Assembly: GCF_003918875.1 (NCBI RefSeq)
Contig: NW_025765969.1
Location: 1,302,001 to 1,366,000 of the forward strand
Direction: 5' to 3'
Length of the DNA: 64,000 bases
DNA from: Haliotis rubra
Taxonomy: Eukaryota
This document shows, one piece after another, positions 49,976 through 63,722 of this stretch. The translations under genes and the position numbers were made by a program. The notes under the pieces are model-generated. The model saw only the letters and a program-made list of their open reading frames with translations. It was not told the DNA's origin and did no database searches. Each line of letters starts with the position of its first letter. Position 1 is the stretch's first letter.

Positions 49976-51223
49976 GCGTTGGAATTGTCATGTATGTATC
50001 CCGATATGCATCACATCACGGACTGACAGTATCACAATACACAACAAATAATATGAAGTGACAAAATCTCTGAAACAAGAGACTTGCCTTTTGAATTTAC
50101 TCAACATAAACCGTTGTCAAAACAAGGGTAAAATGGTTTTGAACAAAGGGATGGTGTTTAAATTTAGTGGCTACATAATCACAATCAACCACCAAATCTG
50201 TGTGTTTTGCAATGATTTCAAGTTGTGCTATGCTACTCTCTGCTCTTATTGTAAGTAAATCTATCATTTCCTCTTCAAAATATATCCTCTCTCTCTTATG
50301 GTAGGTAATATGCATCGTTTTGTGATTTCCCATACTGACCATTCAAGTATTGTCTAAGTATTGATGGTATCCTATGTATTGATTGCTTGTTATAGCTCTG
50401 AGCAAGGGCTCCACTGAAACAATTACCTGCAGGACATATCGTACTTACCTCTTGGGCAATGCGATCTGGTGTGAGGATAGCAGGGCTACAGATAAGGGGC
50501 GTAATGTACGCCTTAAAATCAATTAAGTACGACATAATATAAGATTTCAAGTGTATCATGTACGCACATAAATACCTTTGTACGTCTAACATTTAATTTC
50601 CGTGCATATCGTGCAAATGGAAATATATTTCGGGATAAATACTTGTCAAGTTTCTTTTGCGAAACATGATTTGACACATGAGGAAACCCCGACAGTAGGA
50701 ATCACTTGCGTTGCCATGCAACGATATGCGTCACTATTTTTCGATTGGCTAAAAACTACACTGTTGTTATTTATATCCAGTCGGACCTGACATTTCGCGC
50801 ATCACACGGTCGCTCAGTTATTTCTCATGTGACTTCAAATACAAATGCATGGTTGGAAATAGTGATCGATGAATCGTCCAGACAAACCACATCACCAACT
50901 CGCTCTCACAAAAACATGTCAGTACTCCTTCAAAATTCTCAGTACACCCCACTTGCAATGTGATGTGTAAGTACACTCACACCCCCAAAAGTTATCTGGA
51001 GCCCTGGGATAGTATACTTGGACTTGTTCAAAACCCTTTAGCTGATGCTTCATATTTACAAGATAGAACAATGAAGTTTGTTCAAACTGATGTGATCGGA
51101 TGGTGCTCGTGCATGTTACTGATGCTGAAAGTGTCGAATGCATTTATTATTGGTTGTGCATGATCTTCATAGAAATGTATTGGAATTCCCAGAGCTTAGA
51201 GCATATCTGTTATTACTTTTCAG

Positions 51224-51559
51224 ATGGTTCTAGACACGGTCCTGTTTTGGTGAACACATTTGGATACCCTTTCTCAGAGAAATTTGGTCACCATGTGCAG
51301 AAAGACTATGGCACACTTGTCAGTATTGCTTCAGACACAGACAAGTTACGTCCCTGGCAATGTGAACAGTGTGGAAAAGCTTTCACTAATTCTAAAAAAC
51401 AAGAAGTTGCATATTGAGGCTATTCATAGAAATGTAACGTATTCGTGTGTGTGTGGGAAGACCTACAAGTACCCGAGAGGTCTAAGTAGGCATCAGAAGG
51501 ATTGTGATTGGATAAATCAAGGAGACAAGGGTGAAGGGGAGGCCAGTGAACTTGATTGA
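51224..51559 (+). pseudogene. Gene B variable exon B11, zinc-finger pair with +1 frameshift in an A6 run (51394-51399)
   Basis: Acceptor ttattacttttcag, phase 1; removing one A gives CEQC...NSKNKKLHIEAIH...CVC...HQKDC. Confidence 0.75.
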
Positions 51560-52126
51560 GGACATAGCAGGTACTTGTGGCCTGTCTCATCAGCTTTATC
51601 AGCATTATTATTGGTGATTACACCTGTGATTTTATTCATCAATATTTTTTTTAAAATAACAAAATTATTGGGATGAGTGCATTTCCAAAATCATATTTAA
51701 AACTCTTCGATTAGAAGGGTCCATTTTAGAATTTTGATGAGCATGTACTTTAGAATTTGTACATTTTTTGGGAACTGGGATTTATTTTACTGTTTATGTG
51801 AAATGACTACATTTTTGTGATAACTCTAATTCCATAATTGTAAGGAATCTCAATGATACCAAAGCGGAATCCATTGTATGATTTTGATTGTATCATGCAC
51901 ACATTCTGTGATAACCACCAGATAGAGTAACAGTTGGAAACAGCCAGTGTTGCAGAATTTTCCTTAGTCTCGGACTGTCGGATCATAGAACATACCTATC
52001 CCTGTGAAACTCTGTCTCATGTTGGAAAGGCCCCAGGAAAGTTGATATGTACAGATTCAGTTCTTGAGGGAGTGAGGATGGCCATAATTTAGATGTCAGG
52101 GTTAAAAGATATTTTGTTATTTTCAG

Positions 52127-52434
52127 ATATGTCAATGGATTCCAGCCTTGGTATAACTGTCCCAAGCATTCCAGCAGGTGCTTCACTGCCTTTGTATGGA
52201 GAGACATATTTTGAGGATAGTGATGGACCGGGTTTGGTCAGGAGGAGACACTGGCAGTGTTCACAATGTAGAAAAACATTCACAAATCCTAGAAATAAAA
52301 GACTGCATGAGGAGGCAGTACATGGAGATGCCTCGTACCCTTGTGTGTGTGGCCGTGTGTACAGATATAGCAAGAACCTCAGTAGGCATAAGAAAGAGTG
52401 CATTTTGAGGAACTCTGAAAACATTTTGCAATGA
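52127..52434 (+). CDS. Gene B variable terminal exon B12, zinc-finger pair
   Basis: Acceptor attttgttattttcag, phase 1. Confidence 0.85.
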
Positions 52435-52741
52435 GTCTTCTTTGTCAGAGGTGATCCACAGTTGTCTTTTGTGGGTGAATAGGTCAGAAATCTAGGTCAC
52501 TGGTGAGGCTCTGGAACTGGTAGTTTTCATGACAGCAGCAGTGGTAAAGCAGAAAGGTGATGAACTGTATTGTCAAGGGCGTGAATAGGTCAGAAATCTT
52601 GGTGACTGATGAGCTCTGGAACTGGTAGTTTTCATCAGACAGCAGCAAGAGTAAAGAAGACACAGGTGATGAACATTATTATTAAATTCATCAAGTTGGA
52701 TTGCAATAGCAATAGTGAAATGGCTGTTTTGTTACTTTCAG

Positions 52742-53016
52742 GTTTGTTGGTCTCAGAGTGCCTCCTCCTTCCATCAGACGAATGTTTGACCGTTCAGTTT
52801 GGTGCTGGGGATAGCGTTGGGGCTTTGGGTTCCAAGAAACGTGTTTGGATATGCGATCAGTGTGGCAAAACGTTCACAAATTATAACAATAGGAAGTTCC
52901 ATATGAAGGCTATTCATGGAAACGCAAAGTACTCGTGTTTTTGTGGAAAGACGTACAGATATCCCAGTTGCCTGATGAGACATAAAAAGCATTGTGTCTT
53001 GACGTCAAGTCAGTGA
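52742..53016 (+). CDS. Gene B variable terminal exon B13, zinc-finger pair
   Basis: Acceptor gttttgttactttcag, phase 1. Confidence 0.85.
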
Positions 53017-53173
53017 GGAACGCTCTTCGTGCAGCAGATGAGGCATTTTTTTGTTTTCAACATTAACTTTGTGTTCATCATTTTAGTTTTGTTGTGGCCG
53101 TTTGGTACAGCAGTACATTTTGACACTTGCATCAGACATTGAATGAAAGTGGGTTCCAGCTTCTTAACCTTAT

Positions 53174-53338
53174 GGGGCGGTGGGGTAGCCTAGTGGCTAA
53201 AACGTTCGTTCATCATGCCGAAGACTTGGGTTTGATTCCCTACATGGGCACAATGTATGAAGCCCATTTCTGGTGTCACCCTCCGTGATATTGCTGGAAT
53301 ATTTTCCCAAAGCGGCATAAAACTCACTCACTCACTCA
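53174..53338 (+). mobile_element. tRNA-derived SINE family 1
   Basis: Full-length copy with (actc)n tail. Confidence 0.85.
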
Positions 53339-53925
53339 TTGACATTACTGTGCTCAAACTCACGAGTGTGCTGACACTTGAATGTAAGAAACACTTCAAG
53401 GAATAAATCATTGTCAGCATAATCTTATCCAAATGAACTCTATGCGTTTTGATGTATCCAGTCACAAAAAGGATCTCATGGGCTGACTGAATCGACATGC
53501 TCGTCTGAACATAATTATTCGTAATGTTTTCATTTTCATTCAAAACAAGTGCATGTTTTGATCGTAGTGTCATCTTAATTCCCAAACAAGGTCTGACTTT
53601 TGAAACTGAAGATTCTTTCTTTTTTTCTCTAACAATCGACATCCTCATCTGACATAATATTTCGTAACATTTTTTTCATTCAAAACAAATGTTTGTTTTA
53701 ATTGTAGTGTCTTAATTCCCAAACAAGATCTGAGTTTAGAAACTGAAGATTCTGTCCTTTTCTTGTTCTTGACCGCCATATAGCTGGAATATTGCTGAAT
53801 GCGGCGTAAAACTAACCTCACTCACTCACTCTTGTTCATGTTGGCATATGCTCTTTGAAGGAACTGTGTTAGTCAGAGAACAATGTATCTTGGCGATATC
53901 ACAAACCCCTCTTTGTTGCTTGCAG

Positions 53926-54254
53926 GTCTGGGTTCAAGTCACGGTTTGTCGAGCACTCCTCCTCAGAGCTTTGGATGCTCAGTGCAAATGTTTCCCCGAC
54001 AGCATTATACGCAAAGTGTAGAACATAATTGGAAACATGGGGACTCAGGGGATGCCAGTAGGAAGCGTCTGTGGCAGTGTGAACATTGTGGGAAAACATT
54101 CACGGGGCTTCAGAATAAGAGGTTTCATATAGAAGCTGTTCATGGAAATGCATCGTATTCGTGTGTTTGTGGGAAAAGTTACCGTTACCCCCGTAATTTG
54201 TCAAGGCATCAGAAAGAGTGTTCTGCATATCTCCAGTTGGGACATATCTCGTGA
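53926..54254 (+). CDS. Gene B variable terminal exon B14, zinc-finger pair
   Basis: Acceptor ctttgttgcttgcag, phase 1. Confidence 0.85.
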
Positions 54255-54385
54255 GAAATTCACACCGAATATGGCGGAAATGGATGGAAATATGCATCAA
54301 CGAATGCATGTCCTTGCTTCAAAACATCGGTGGTTGCTGACAGTCCAAAGCGGCATTAGACACAATCCACTCATTCCCTTTATTT

Positions 54386-54668
54386 TCATTGGACACGCAC
54401 AAATGGAAACTTATTTCCTGTCGTCTTGGACAAGTATTTCTGTTACATGGCGTACCTCTTCATCCTCTCTCCCCTTCCCAACCTTCTCCCTGTCACAGAT
54501 TGTGAAGACTTGATAGATGTTGCTTATGGTCATTGGACACCCACAAATTGAAACTTATTTCCTGTCGTCTTGGACAAGTATTTCTGTTACATGGCGTCCC
54601 CCTTCATCCTCTCTCCCCTTCCCAACCTTCTTCCTGTCACAGATTGTGAAGACTTGATAGATGTTGCT
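54386..54668. repeat. Tandem duplication, about 144-bp unit
   Basis: tcattggacac...gacttgatagatgttgctt twice. Confidence 0.85.
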
Positions 54669-54840
54669 TGACAACTACTTTGGATAGATTCACTCTGGAA
54701 TCTGTAGGGTATCATAACTGTTTAACATATATATCTGGATCCTGTTACAACACATGTACATGAGGTCTTGATGTTGTTATAGTCCCTTGTCCCTCATAGT
54801 GATAACTTTCAGAATAGATCTTCCTTTTTGTTGCTTTCAG

Positions 54841-55190
54841 GTCTTAGAATGGACCCAGTCATGGATAGTTCTGGCATGTATCACCCTAGTTCTCATGGCA
54901 TTACGGGCAGTTTGGGACCACGTTTGTCACTGATGCAAGGCACTCTTTCGATTCCGGGAAGTAAAGATTCTAACATGGCCCCCAAACCCACCTGGGCGTG
55001 TGAAGTTTGTGGGAAAATCTTCCAGACCCAGCAGAACAGAACTCTGCATGTCGAGGCATTGCATGATAATTTGACCTACCCATGTCCTTGTGGAAGAGTC
55101 TATAGTTACATCAAGAATTTGAACAGGCATCAGAAGTCCTGTTCTTTGTTTCAAGCATTTTATCAATCTGATCTTGAAAAGAAATCTTGA
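54841..55190 (+). CDS. Gene B variable terminal exon B15, zinc-finger pair
   Basis: Acceptor tttttgttgctttcag, phase 1. Confidence 0.85.
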
Positions 55191-55528
55191 AGTAGCTGGT
55201 CTTTGTGGTTGTTGGAAGGAAAGGAGCTAATTTCATTGAAAATGAACGGAAATGGTTCTTCCACCGACTTTTTTCTGCATTGGTATTTTGTTACAAGGAA
55301 ACATAGATACCATGTAAGCATCTTGGATGTTAGTTCATGATAGTTTCATCCTGCAGATTGAGTTACTGAATTTGGGTCGCTTTGCCATCTGGTCTTAATA
55401 TCTACTGGATATATAGCTGTGTTTCTTGAAAAAGTGGTGCGATGAATTGGTTCTTTAGATATAAGTGTTGTTGAGATAGGTTTGTGAACAGAAATCATTT
55501 CACATCATGCTACACCCCTTTAGCCTGA

Positions 55529-55691
55529 GGGGGCGGTGGGGTAGTCTAGTGGTTAAAGCGTTGGCTCGGCACGCCGAAGACCTGGGTTCGAATCCCCACA
55601 TGGGTACAATGAGTGAAGCCCATTTCTGGTGTCCCCTGCCGTGATATTGCTGGAATATTGCTAAAAGCGGCGTAAAACCAAACTCAGTCAG
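55529..55691 (+). mobile_element. tRNA-derived SINE family 1
   Basis: Full length, TSD cctttagcctga. Confidence 0.9.
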
Positions 55692-55956
55692 CCTTTAGCC
55701 TGATCACAGGGTTTTAGGTCTGTAGGATATGGTGTCATTTGTCAGTCCCTTGACAGGCCTTGAACCCTTACAGATTGTGACTGTGGATGGGCTTCAGTGT
55801 GTGTGGAACCATTTGGTTGAGGATATCAATGTCTCATCACCTGAACATCACCTGGAGCTTTGAATTGGAACAAATTCTATTGGAAACAGACTTTAACCCA
55901 ACTATTCGATCTCATGATTAAGACTGGCACTAGATGTGACTTTTTGTTGATTTCAG

Positions 55957-56288
55957 ATTTTGGAACTGAGTCAAGACATTATTCTGGAAGTAATCGCCAG
56001 GAATCCCATGTGGGATATAGGAATGATTTCATGCCGTATATGCCTGGAGATAATCATGCTGGTTCTGTAACGTACGGATTGTCTGGTTGTCAAGGTGACA
56101 GTCCCAGACCACTGTGGCAGTGTGAAATTTGTGGGAAAACTTTCACTGGACAGCAGAATAAGAAGCTTCATGTTGAAGCTGTGCATAAGAACGTCACTTA
56201 TCCGTGTGTTTGTGGCAAGGTGTACAGATACCCTAGGGCTTTAAGTCGCCATCAGAAGAGTTGTGCTCTGTCGGGTCAAGTTGGGTAG
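55957..56288 (+). CDS. Gene B variable terminal exon B16, zinc-finger pair
   Basis: Acceptor tttttgttgatttcag, phase 1. Confidence 0.85.
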
Positions 56289-56522
56289 AATATACATGGA
56301 CTACATCAGTATTGGTTGTGCTCAGACGAATTTAGTCTTACGAACTTCTGTTTGCTTGCGCCATTTGAAATGCCACAGTGACACTGACATTTTGTTTTCA
56401 AGTTTGATGAAATGTGTTCATCAAAGTGATTGAGTTTGACACACAGAATGCTTCTTTTGCATAATTTTAAGTTGTTTGAATAAAGAGACGATGGCTTACT
56501 TTTGACTTTGTGTTGCTTTCAG

Positions 56523-56836
56523 ATTTCGGAACAGACTCAAACCAAATGGGTTTGGATTATGGAGGTTCAACGTGTTCAGACAGAATTATATATGGAGTTA
56601 GTTCTTGTGATTTTGGAAAGCGCTTTTTCCATTGTGAACAGTGTGGGAAGATATTTTCCAGCAAGCAGACCAAGACTATACACATTGAGGCTGTACATGA
56701 AAACCTGACACATGAATGTATTTGTGGGAAAGTTTACAAATATCGGAGAGCATTGAATAGACACAGAAAACTTTGTCCTGTCTATTGTAGTGTATCTTCT
56801 AACAATTTAGGTTCATACAATATGGACTCTAAGTAG
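56523..56836 (+). CDS. Gene B variable terminal exon B17, zinc-finger pair
   Basis: Acceptor ttgtgttgctttcag, phase 1. Confidence 0.85.
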
Positions 56837-57636
56837 AGATTCTGATTGTTAAGCAGTACAGAGACTTTGACAAAACCGTATGGAAATGGAAACTTGGAAG
56901 CAAATGTGTGGACAAATTGTGTCAGATTTTTAAAGATAAATTCTTCCTTGGGAAACAAAGTAAAGTGAATAGGTTTGACATGCATGATTCAGATCTAAAA
57001 TGAGTCTTCCTGAGGGGGTATAAGGGGTGGTGGGGTAGCCTTGTGGTTAAAGCGTTCACTGAAGACCTGGGTTTAATTCCCTTCATGGCTACAATGTGTG
57101 AAGCCCATTTCTGGTTTCCTCCCCATGATATTATACGCCGGTGTAAAATTAACTCACTCACTCCTGGGGGTAATCCTTGGGGTAAAAATAAAAGATAATA
57201 ATGTGAGATTTATAATATTTTATGTTGTTTATATATGGTTAGTGTAATATGAGCTTAACTGGTTTATTTTGTACTGTTGCTGAAATCTCAATCTTGGTGT
57301 ATGACAGGATCTGATAACAAGACAAAATGAGTGTTTTGAATTTGCAAAATACAGAATTCTGTAATGAAATAAAACTAGAATTTTTTTCTGATCTCTTGAT
57401 CAAAGTATTGATTGCTGATAAAGGTCACAGATTAAAAAAAAAAAAATATTCTGACTTCCAACTTTGCCTATGTGGACCCTCAAATATGAAACCCTGTGAT
57501 TACAAACTGATATTCATGAGAAACTTGACGTTTTCCCCTTCCCATGATATGATAATCGGAAAGAGTCACTTCCTGAAACATTTACTGTAGTGGTCCAGAT
57601 AGGATGTTGTGATGTTCAGATGTCCCTACAGAAGAT

Positions 57637-57799
57637 GGGCGGTGGGTTAGCCTAGTGGTTAAAGCATTTGCTTGTCACACCGAAGACCAGGGTTCGATTC
57701 CCTTTATGGGTACAATGTTTGAAGCCCATTTCTGGTGTCCCCAGCCATGATATTCCTGGAATTTGCTAAAAGCGCCCGTAAAACCATACTCCTCACTCA
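57637..57799 (+). mobile_element. tRNA-derived SINE family 1
   Basis: TSD ccctacagaaga. Confidence 0.85.
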
Positions 57800-58020
57800 C
57801 CCTACAGAAGAGATGCAAGTTGGAAACTTACAATCACCTCCAGTGCCTGTGTTCCAGTAAAACATTTGTGCCTATCATTGTATTGCTTCAACAATCCTGA
57901 TGCCAAGACAGACTCTTGACTGAATTTGAAGTTATTTGTTGATCTCAAGACTCAATTTTTCATGACATGAGATTCAGCAAACGGGGCAAGCGTCATTCAT
58001 TTTCAAACTTTTATTTTCAG

Positions 58021-58343
58021 AGTGTATACCTGTTGGTTGTAGCACTGGCGAGGATGTTAGTTCTCGATGGCCCTGTACACAGTGCAGCAAGACATTTGCC
58101 TCACAACAGAACTTGGGAGTCCATGTTGCTGCCATTCATGAAAATATCACACATATTTGTGTTTGTGGGAAGGTCTACAAGTACCACCGAGGACTTCGAC
58201 ACCATCAGCTGAGTTGTGGCGTTCTTGTGGGTGATACTGCTGGAGATGGGAATGATGCGTACAGATGTGTCTGTGGAAGAACGTTCAATTGTCTGATCTG
58301 GCTTCAGAAGCACCAAGAGGAATGTCTGTTGATGATTGGTTGA
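58021..58343 (+). CDS. Gene B variable terminal exon B18, three zinc fingers
   Basis: Acceptor cttttattttcag, phase 1; WPCTQC...HVAAIH, CVC...HQLSC, CVC...HQEEC. Confidence 0.8.
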
Positions 58344-59940
58344 TTGGTATCATACAGATGTGTTAAAGGCAAGGTCTGCTGGTACCACAGAGGAATAAGA
58401 GCTCCATCAAGGGTGTACAGGTGTCTGATTGGGCTTCAGGAGGAAGTCTGTGAATGATGATGGTTGATTAATATCATGCAGTCAATACAGATGTGTTTTG
58501 TACGTAGGTGTACAAGTAACACAGGAATAGGGCACCATCACAGGGGTGGAAATAACCCATTGCCCGACATCCGAGTCCAGTGTTTTTTTCTGTCGGGCAA
58601 GCAAATTTGTATATCACACTGTACCGGTGTCCAGTTGACTTTCCAATGTTAATTATGTTGTTTATTTAAAAAACCAACAAGAAAAGTTAACTCATCAATT
58701 ATGAGATTTTGACCAGTTCCCAGCACTAACAGATGCATCTGTCGAGGGGAGCAGCTATCTCATTGGGCACAGAAGCACAGACAACAATGTAGTTGATTGG
58801 TTGACTTGTGTGGAGTACATGGGTGAGGAGGGTTAGAGAAGGATTATTGTTCAATTCTCAGCATATATTTCTTGTTATCCTTGTGAACACATTTCTTAAG
58901 TGTGATGGACACACTGAAGTTATGTTTGAAAATTGTTGAAAAGGCAGGAAGGACATTTGTAACCGTATAATTCATTAAGGACTGGCCACATTTATTGATT
59001 TTCTTATGCTTCAGAAATTGATAGTTATAACCTGTAAAGAATTGGGTTCTGTTGTGGAAATAATAACGTATTTCCTTGAATGGTGTTTCAGTTTGGTCTG
59101 CAGCAACCTAAATGGTCTCCTCAGATGTTTCTGTAAATCCAATGTAATAGTGTGGCTTGTGGTTAAAGTATTTGCTTGTCTCATAAAATTCGCAGGTTTG
59201 AATCCCACATGGGTACAGTGTACAAGCCCATTTCTGGTGTCCTTTGCTGTGATTGACAAACTAACAACCCTTACTAGGAGCCTGGAGTACTGCTAAAAGT
59301 GGCTTAAACTACACACTCGCAAACCGCTTTATCTAAAATGTTCCTTTCTTGGCACTTTTGGCTGTTATATCCCAGGATGCATCTTAATTCGGTTGCCTTT
59401 TGTTTATTGTCTTACGTGTGATGATAGCTGAAGTTGAAAGTGAAACTTTTTGGTTGTGGGGCGATAGGATAGCCTAGTGGTTAAAGCATTCGCTAGTCAT
59501 GTTGAAGACCCTGGTTCGATTCCTCACATAGGCACAATGTGTGAAGCCAATTTCTGGTGTCCCCTGCTGGAATATTGGTAAAAGTGGCATAAAACTAAAC
59601 TCACTCATTCACTTTGGGTTGTGGTATGATATTTAGTCAGCATAGTCATGGATGGGGGCGGTGAGGTAGTCTAGTGGTTAAAGCGTTTGCTCGTCATGCT
59701 GAAGACCCGAGTCCTGGTGTCCCTGCCATGATATTGCTGGAATATTGCTAAAAGCGGCATAAAACCAACCTCAATTGCACTAATCGTGGATGGTTCGAGT
59801 GCCAGATGTCAAACCCATGCTGTTTGCTGAAAGGGCGAAGAATTCATGTTCAACAGTCGTTGCTTTAAGTTTTGATGTTGAATGTCGGCACATGATCAAT
59901 ATCATTATTGAATCAAGTCTGGATCTTTTGTTGTTTTCAG

Positions 59941-60293
59941 GATACGGATCCACCAATGTGAGTCTCGTCAGTCCTGATAATTGTAACCCAGGTTTTCCTG
60001 GAGACAGAGGTCAACAGCCTGGAATATTTGGATCCTATCTTGAAAACATCTCATCTTCAGAATTAAAACATATTCCAATGCTAAATTTGGGGAGAGTTGA
60101 GTCATTAGGCAAACGCAGATCTGTCCGGTGGCCGTGTGATGAATGTGGCCGAATTTTCACGGACCCTCATTCCCGAAAGCAACACAGGGAAGCCATTCAT
60201 GAGAAAGTCAAGTACACGTGTCACTGTGGGAGGGTGTTTTCTTATCGTAATACTTTACAGAGACATCAGAAGTACAATTGTGTGCTGAAATAG
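59941..60293 (+). CDS. Gene B variable terminal exon B19, zinc-finger pair
   Basis: Acceptor cttttgttgttttcag, phase 1; CDEC...HREAIH...CHC...HQKYNC. Confidence 0.85.
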
Positions 60294-61826
60294 TAGGAAA
60301 TAGATAAAAAATGGTGTGTTTAATCCTTCAGTTTCTTGGGGCGGCGGGCTGGTGGTTGAAATGTTTGCTCGTCACGCCGAAGACCTGGGTTCGATACCCC
60401 ACATGGGTACAATGTGTGAAGCCCATTTCTGGTGTCCCCACCGTGATACTGCTGAAATATTGCTAAAAGTGTTGTAAAATTGAACTCACCGACTCACTCA
60501 CTCACTTCAGCTTCCTGGATTGAGTGCACGGCCCACCATCGGTCATTCTGTAACTGACCTGTTGTCCTTCATCAGTGTCACGGTTTAACTATATGTAGAA
60601 CAGTCCGTTTCACTCCCTGCTTGCCTCACATGTTGTGTTCAAGCTACAGTTACTAACTTAGTGTTAATCGTTAGTCAATCTTATTTGTGCAAGTGTTCAA
60701 ACCCATACTTCTAGTTGTGAATTTAATGAAGGCCCTATGTAACAACAAACTTTAACCAAACACAAAACTTTCTTCTGATGCTGCTGCTGCCAAGGATTCA
60801 CCTTCATAGACTTCATTCAGTGTTCAAGGAGGTGACTTTTTAGCAGAGAGCTATTTGGTTTTTCATGGGAACAGCTGATTCACACTTTTTTCATTCATTT
60901 AAAGTCAGACATAATGGTGTTGATTTGCTTTGGTTGCTGTTGGAGATTAACCATTGAGAGACAACTGAATCATGTGACTTGTTGAACTATTTGTTCAACT
61001 CTGGGTTTTTAGGGGAACAGCTGATTGATTGATTTCATGATCGTGATGACTGCTCAGAAGGTTTGAGCATCATCAATAAGACTCTGACTTTCTAATGTTA
61101 GAGGGGCGGTGGGGTAGCCTAGGGGTTAAAGTGTTTGCTCGTCACGCCGAAGACCTGGGTTCGATTCCCCACATGGGTACAATGTGTGAAGCCCATTTCT
61201 GGTGTCCACCCTCCATGATATTGCTGAAATATTGCTAAAAGTGGGCTAAAACAACCTTGGTGTGAAGAAGGTTATATTTTATGTTAATTTCTGGATGGAA
61301 ATTTGGTCATTCCATTGTCCATTACCTATGAGATAGGTTGTCCCGAGTTGTCGGTTTTCATTCATTCATTTTCATTTGCACCAGTGAGTGAAAACATTAC
61401 AACTCATTCATGCTGTCTTTATTTCCAATGTTGCCAAGGTTACTGCTGCTTCTGTATCATGATTCCTGGTACAATGTTCAATGAAGACGTGACAATAAAT
61501 ATCTGAATTAATACTGTGGTGTTTGTTTACTTTGAACATTTGTGAGCATTTTATTGGATGTTAGATGAGTCAGACTTTGACTCACTAGAATTGAAACAAA
61601 TGTTTCAAACCATATACACATACATTGTCCAACATCTTAAACCTTTTGGGATTTATGAAACACACTCCACGACTTCTTTTCACTTTATATTATACACAAA
61701 ACTCATTTTTATAATAAAAACTCTTTTATTGATAGAATGTCATTCTCCCTGTTTAAAGTTACTATGATGATAATGATAAGGATATTTAGACGGCACTAGT
61801 TCCACATCACCGAGGGATATGCTCAA

Positions 61827-61828
<2 letters not shown>

Positions 61829-61883
<55 letters not shown>

Positions 61884-61902
61884 ACAGACAGACAGACAGA
61901 CA
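61829..61902. repeat. (CA)n/(CAGA)n microsatellite
   Basis: Direct reading. Confidence 0.95.
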
Positions 61903-62360
61903 GGACAAATAGTGATTGTGTTGGAAGAGGTGTTTTTAGTCCAGACTGGTATCGTATATGCACTCTTGAGGTTAAATGGGAGAGAGTTCCACAAATATTA
62001 TATTTTCATTTCTGGCACACAGACACGTACATGTACCCATCATGCACCAACATGGCCATTTCCTGTATTAAGAAGCTCCATTCTTGATGTGATGCATGCA
62101 ACAAGGAAGTCTAACACACAGAATGAAGTGGCTCTTCCTGGGCATCATTGTTGAAAGACCTCAACGATGTGTTAGATTTCCTGACTTCCTGGGGCGGTGG
62201 TGTAGCCCAGTGGCTGAAGCGTCCACTCCTCATGCTGAAAGCCTGGGTTCAATTCCCCACTTGGGTTCAATGTGTGAAGCAGATTGCTGGTGTCATCCTG
62301 CTGGAATATTGCTAAAAGGGGCGTAAAACCATACTCACTCACACTGGCTTCTGAAGTCTA

Positions 62361-62525
62361 AGGGGCAGTGGGGTAGCCTAATGGTTAAAGCGTTGGCTCG
62401 TCACGCCGAAGACCTGGTTTGAATCCGACATGGGTACAATGTGTGAAGCCCATTTCTGGTGTCCCCCACCGTGATGTTCGGTATATTGCTAAAAGCGGCG
62501 TAAAACCAAACTGTCAGTCAGTCAG
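62361..62525 (+). mobile_element. tRNA-derived SINE family 1 (more plus-strand copies near 43105, 46345, 46839, 57023, 59457, 59655, 60338, 61102, 62191, 63411)
   Basis: TSD tctgaagtctaa. Confidence 0.85.
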
Positions 62526-63722
62526 TCTGAAGTCTAATGGATAGTACATCTGCCCAGAGGGGTGGAAGGTCAGTCATTTGATGACAGCTGCGTCATACCA
62601 AAAGACATTAAAGGAAGGTTCTTATGGTTACACTGGCAGTATCTGTGGGGTAAAACAAGTACGGGTTCATTCAGAGTCTGTGTTGTTTGTCTGAGTGTCG
62701 TATCAGTGTCAGTCTGCAACATGGTATGTGATAGCACTATAGAACCAGCCCTTAAACTAGTGGCTGGTTGGAGCAGCTTCTCACACACATGTACATCCAT
62801 CACACAGTGTTAGTGCACATCTATAGAATGCAACATTATATATAATTTCACTTGTGCTTCATGTGACATTTATGACACTTTGGATGCAACAAATCTTTGT
62901 GCACCATCAAGGAATCTATGTATTTTCACTCGTAACACAAAGACGTTCGGGTAACTTGTACAAAATGAACTATGCATATCCTTACCACTAGAAAACGATT
63001 CTATGTGGGCATATTTTCTAACAAACATTTTATTTGCAAAATCTCCTGATAGAATTGTGATGGAAACTCCCAGTATCTTCTGACAAACTGAGAAATAGAA
63101 ATGGAGCCAATACGGTATTCAAGAAGTATAGGACCAAGCTATTAAACCGTAATTTATCTTTCAGGACAGTTTGACAGTTTTGTAAATCTATCATTCAACA
63201 TGTTTGAAAGCCTTCTGAGTCATTCCTGTGATTAGCTGATTTAAAACCAAAGTATAATTCCGTATGAATTTCAAATCCTTGTTCTTTGAGCAAAGAATAG
63301 ATTGATATCCTGCCCTTTAGATTGCCAGGGATCATGGCCCAAGATAATAGCCGAGGAGTTTCTATAACTCATATATCACATGGAATGGTCCTCTTCACCC
63401 ATATCAGTCTGGGGTGGCGGTGGGGTAGCCTAGCGGTTAAAGTGTTGGCTCGTCACACTGAAGGCCCAGGTTTGATTCTCCACATGGGTACGGTTTGTGA
63501 AGCCCATTTCTGGTGTCCCCCGCCAAGATATTGCTGGAATATTGTTATAGGCGAGTAAAACTAAACTCACTCACTCACTCACATCAATCTGAAGCCCTGG
63601 ATATGTACGTTCTTGATCATTTGACTTGTAACAAGCATTTTCTATTGACTAAGTCTGTTTCCAATGTAACTGGCTGTCATCAGATTCTCCTTTGACTAAT
63701 GCCGCCCTTTTGTTACTTGCAG

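Noticed and set aside
66-60293. Treating each zinc-finger ORF as a stand-alone single-exon gene
   Set aside because: Track starts are mostly TTG/GTG within acceptor tracts; there is no conserved ATG; all share a phase-1 AG boundary matching the constant donor.
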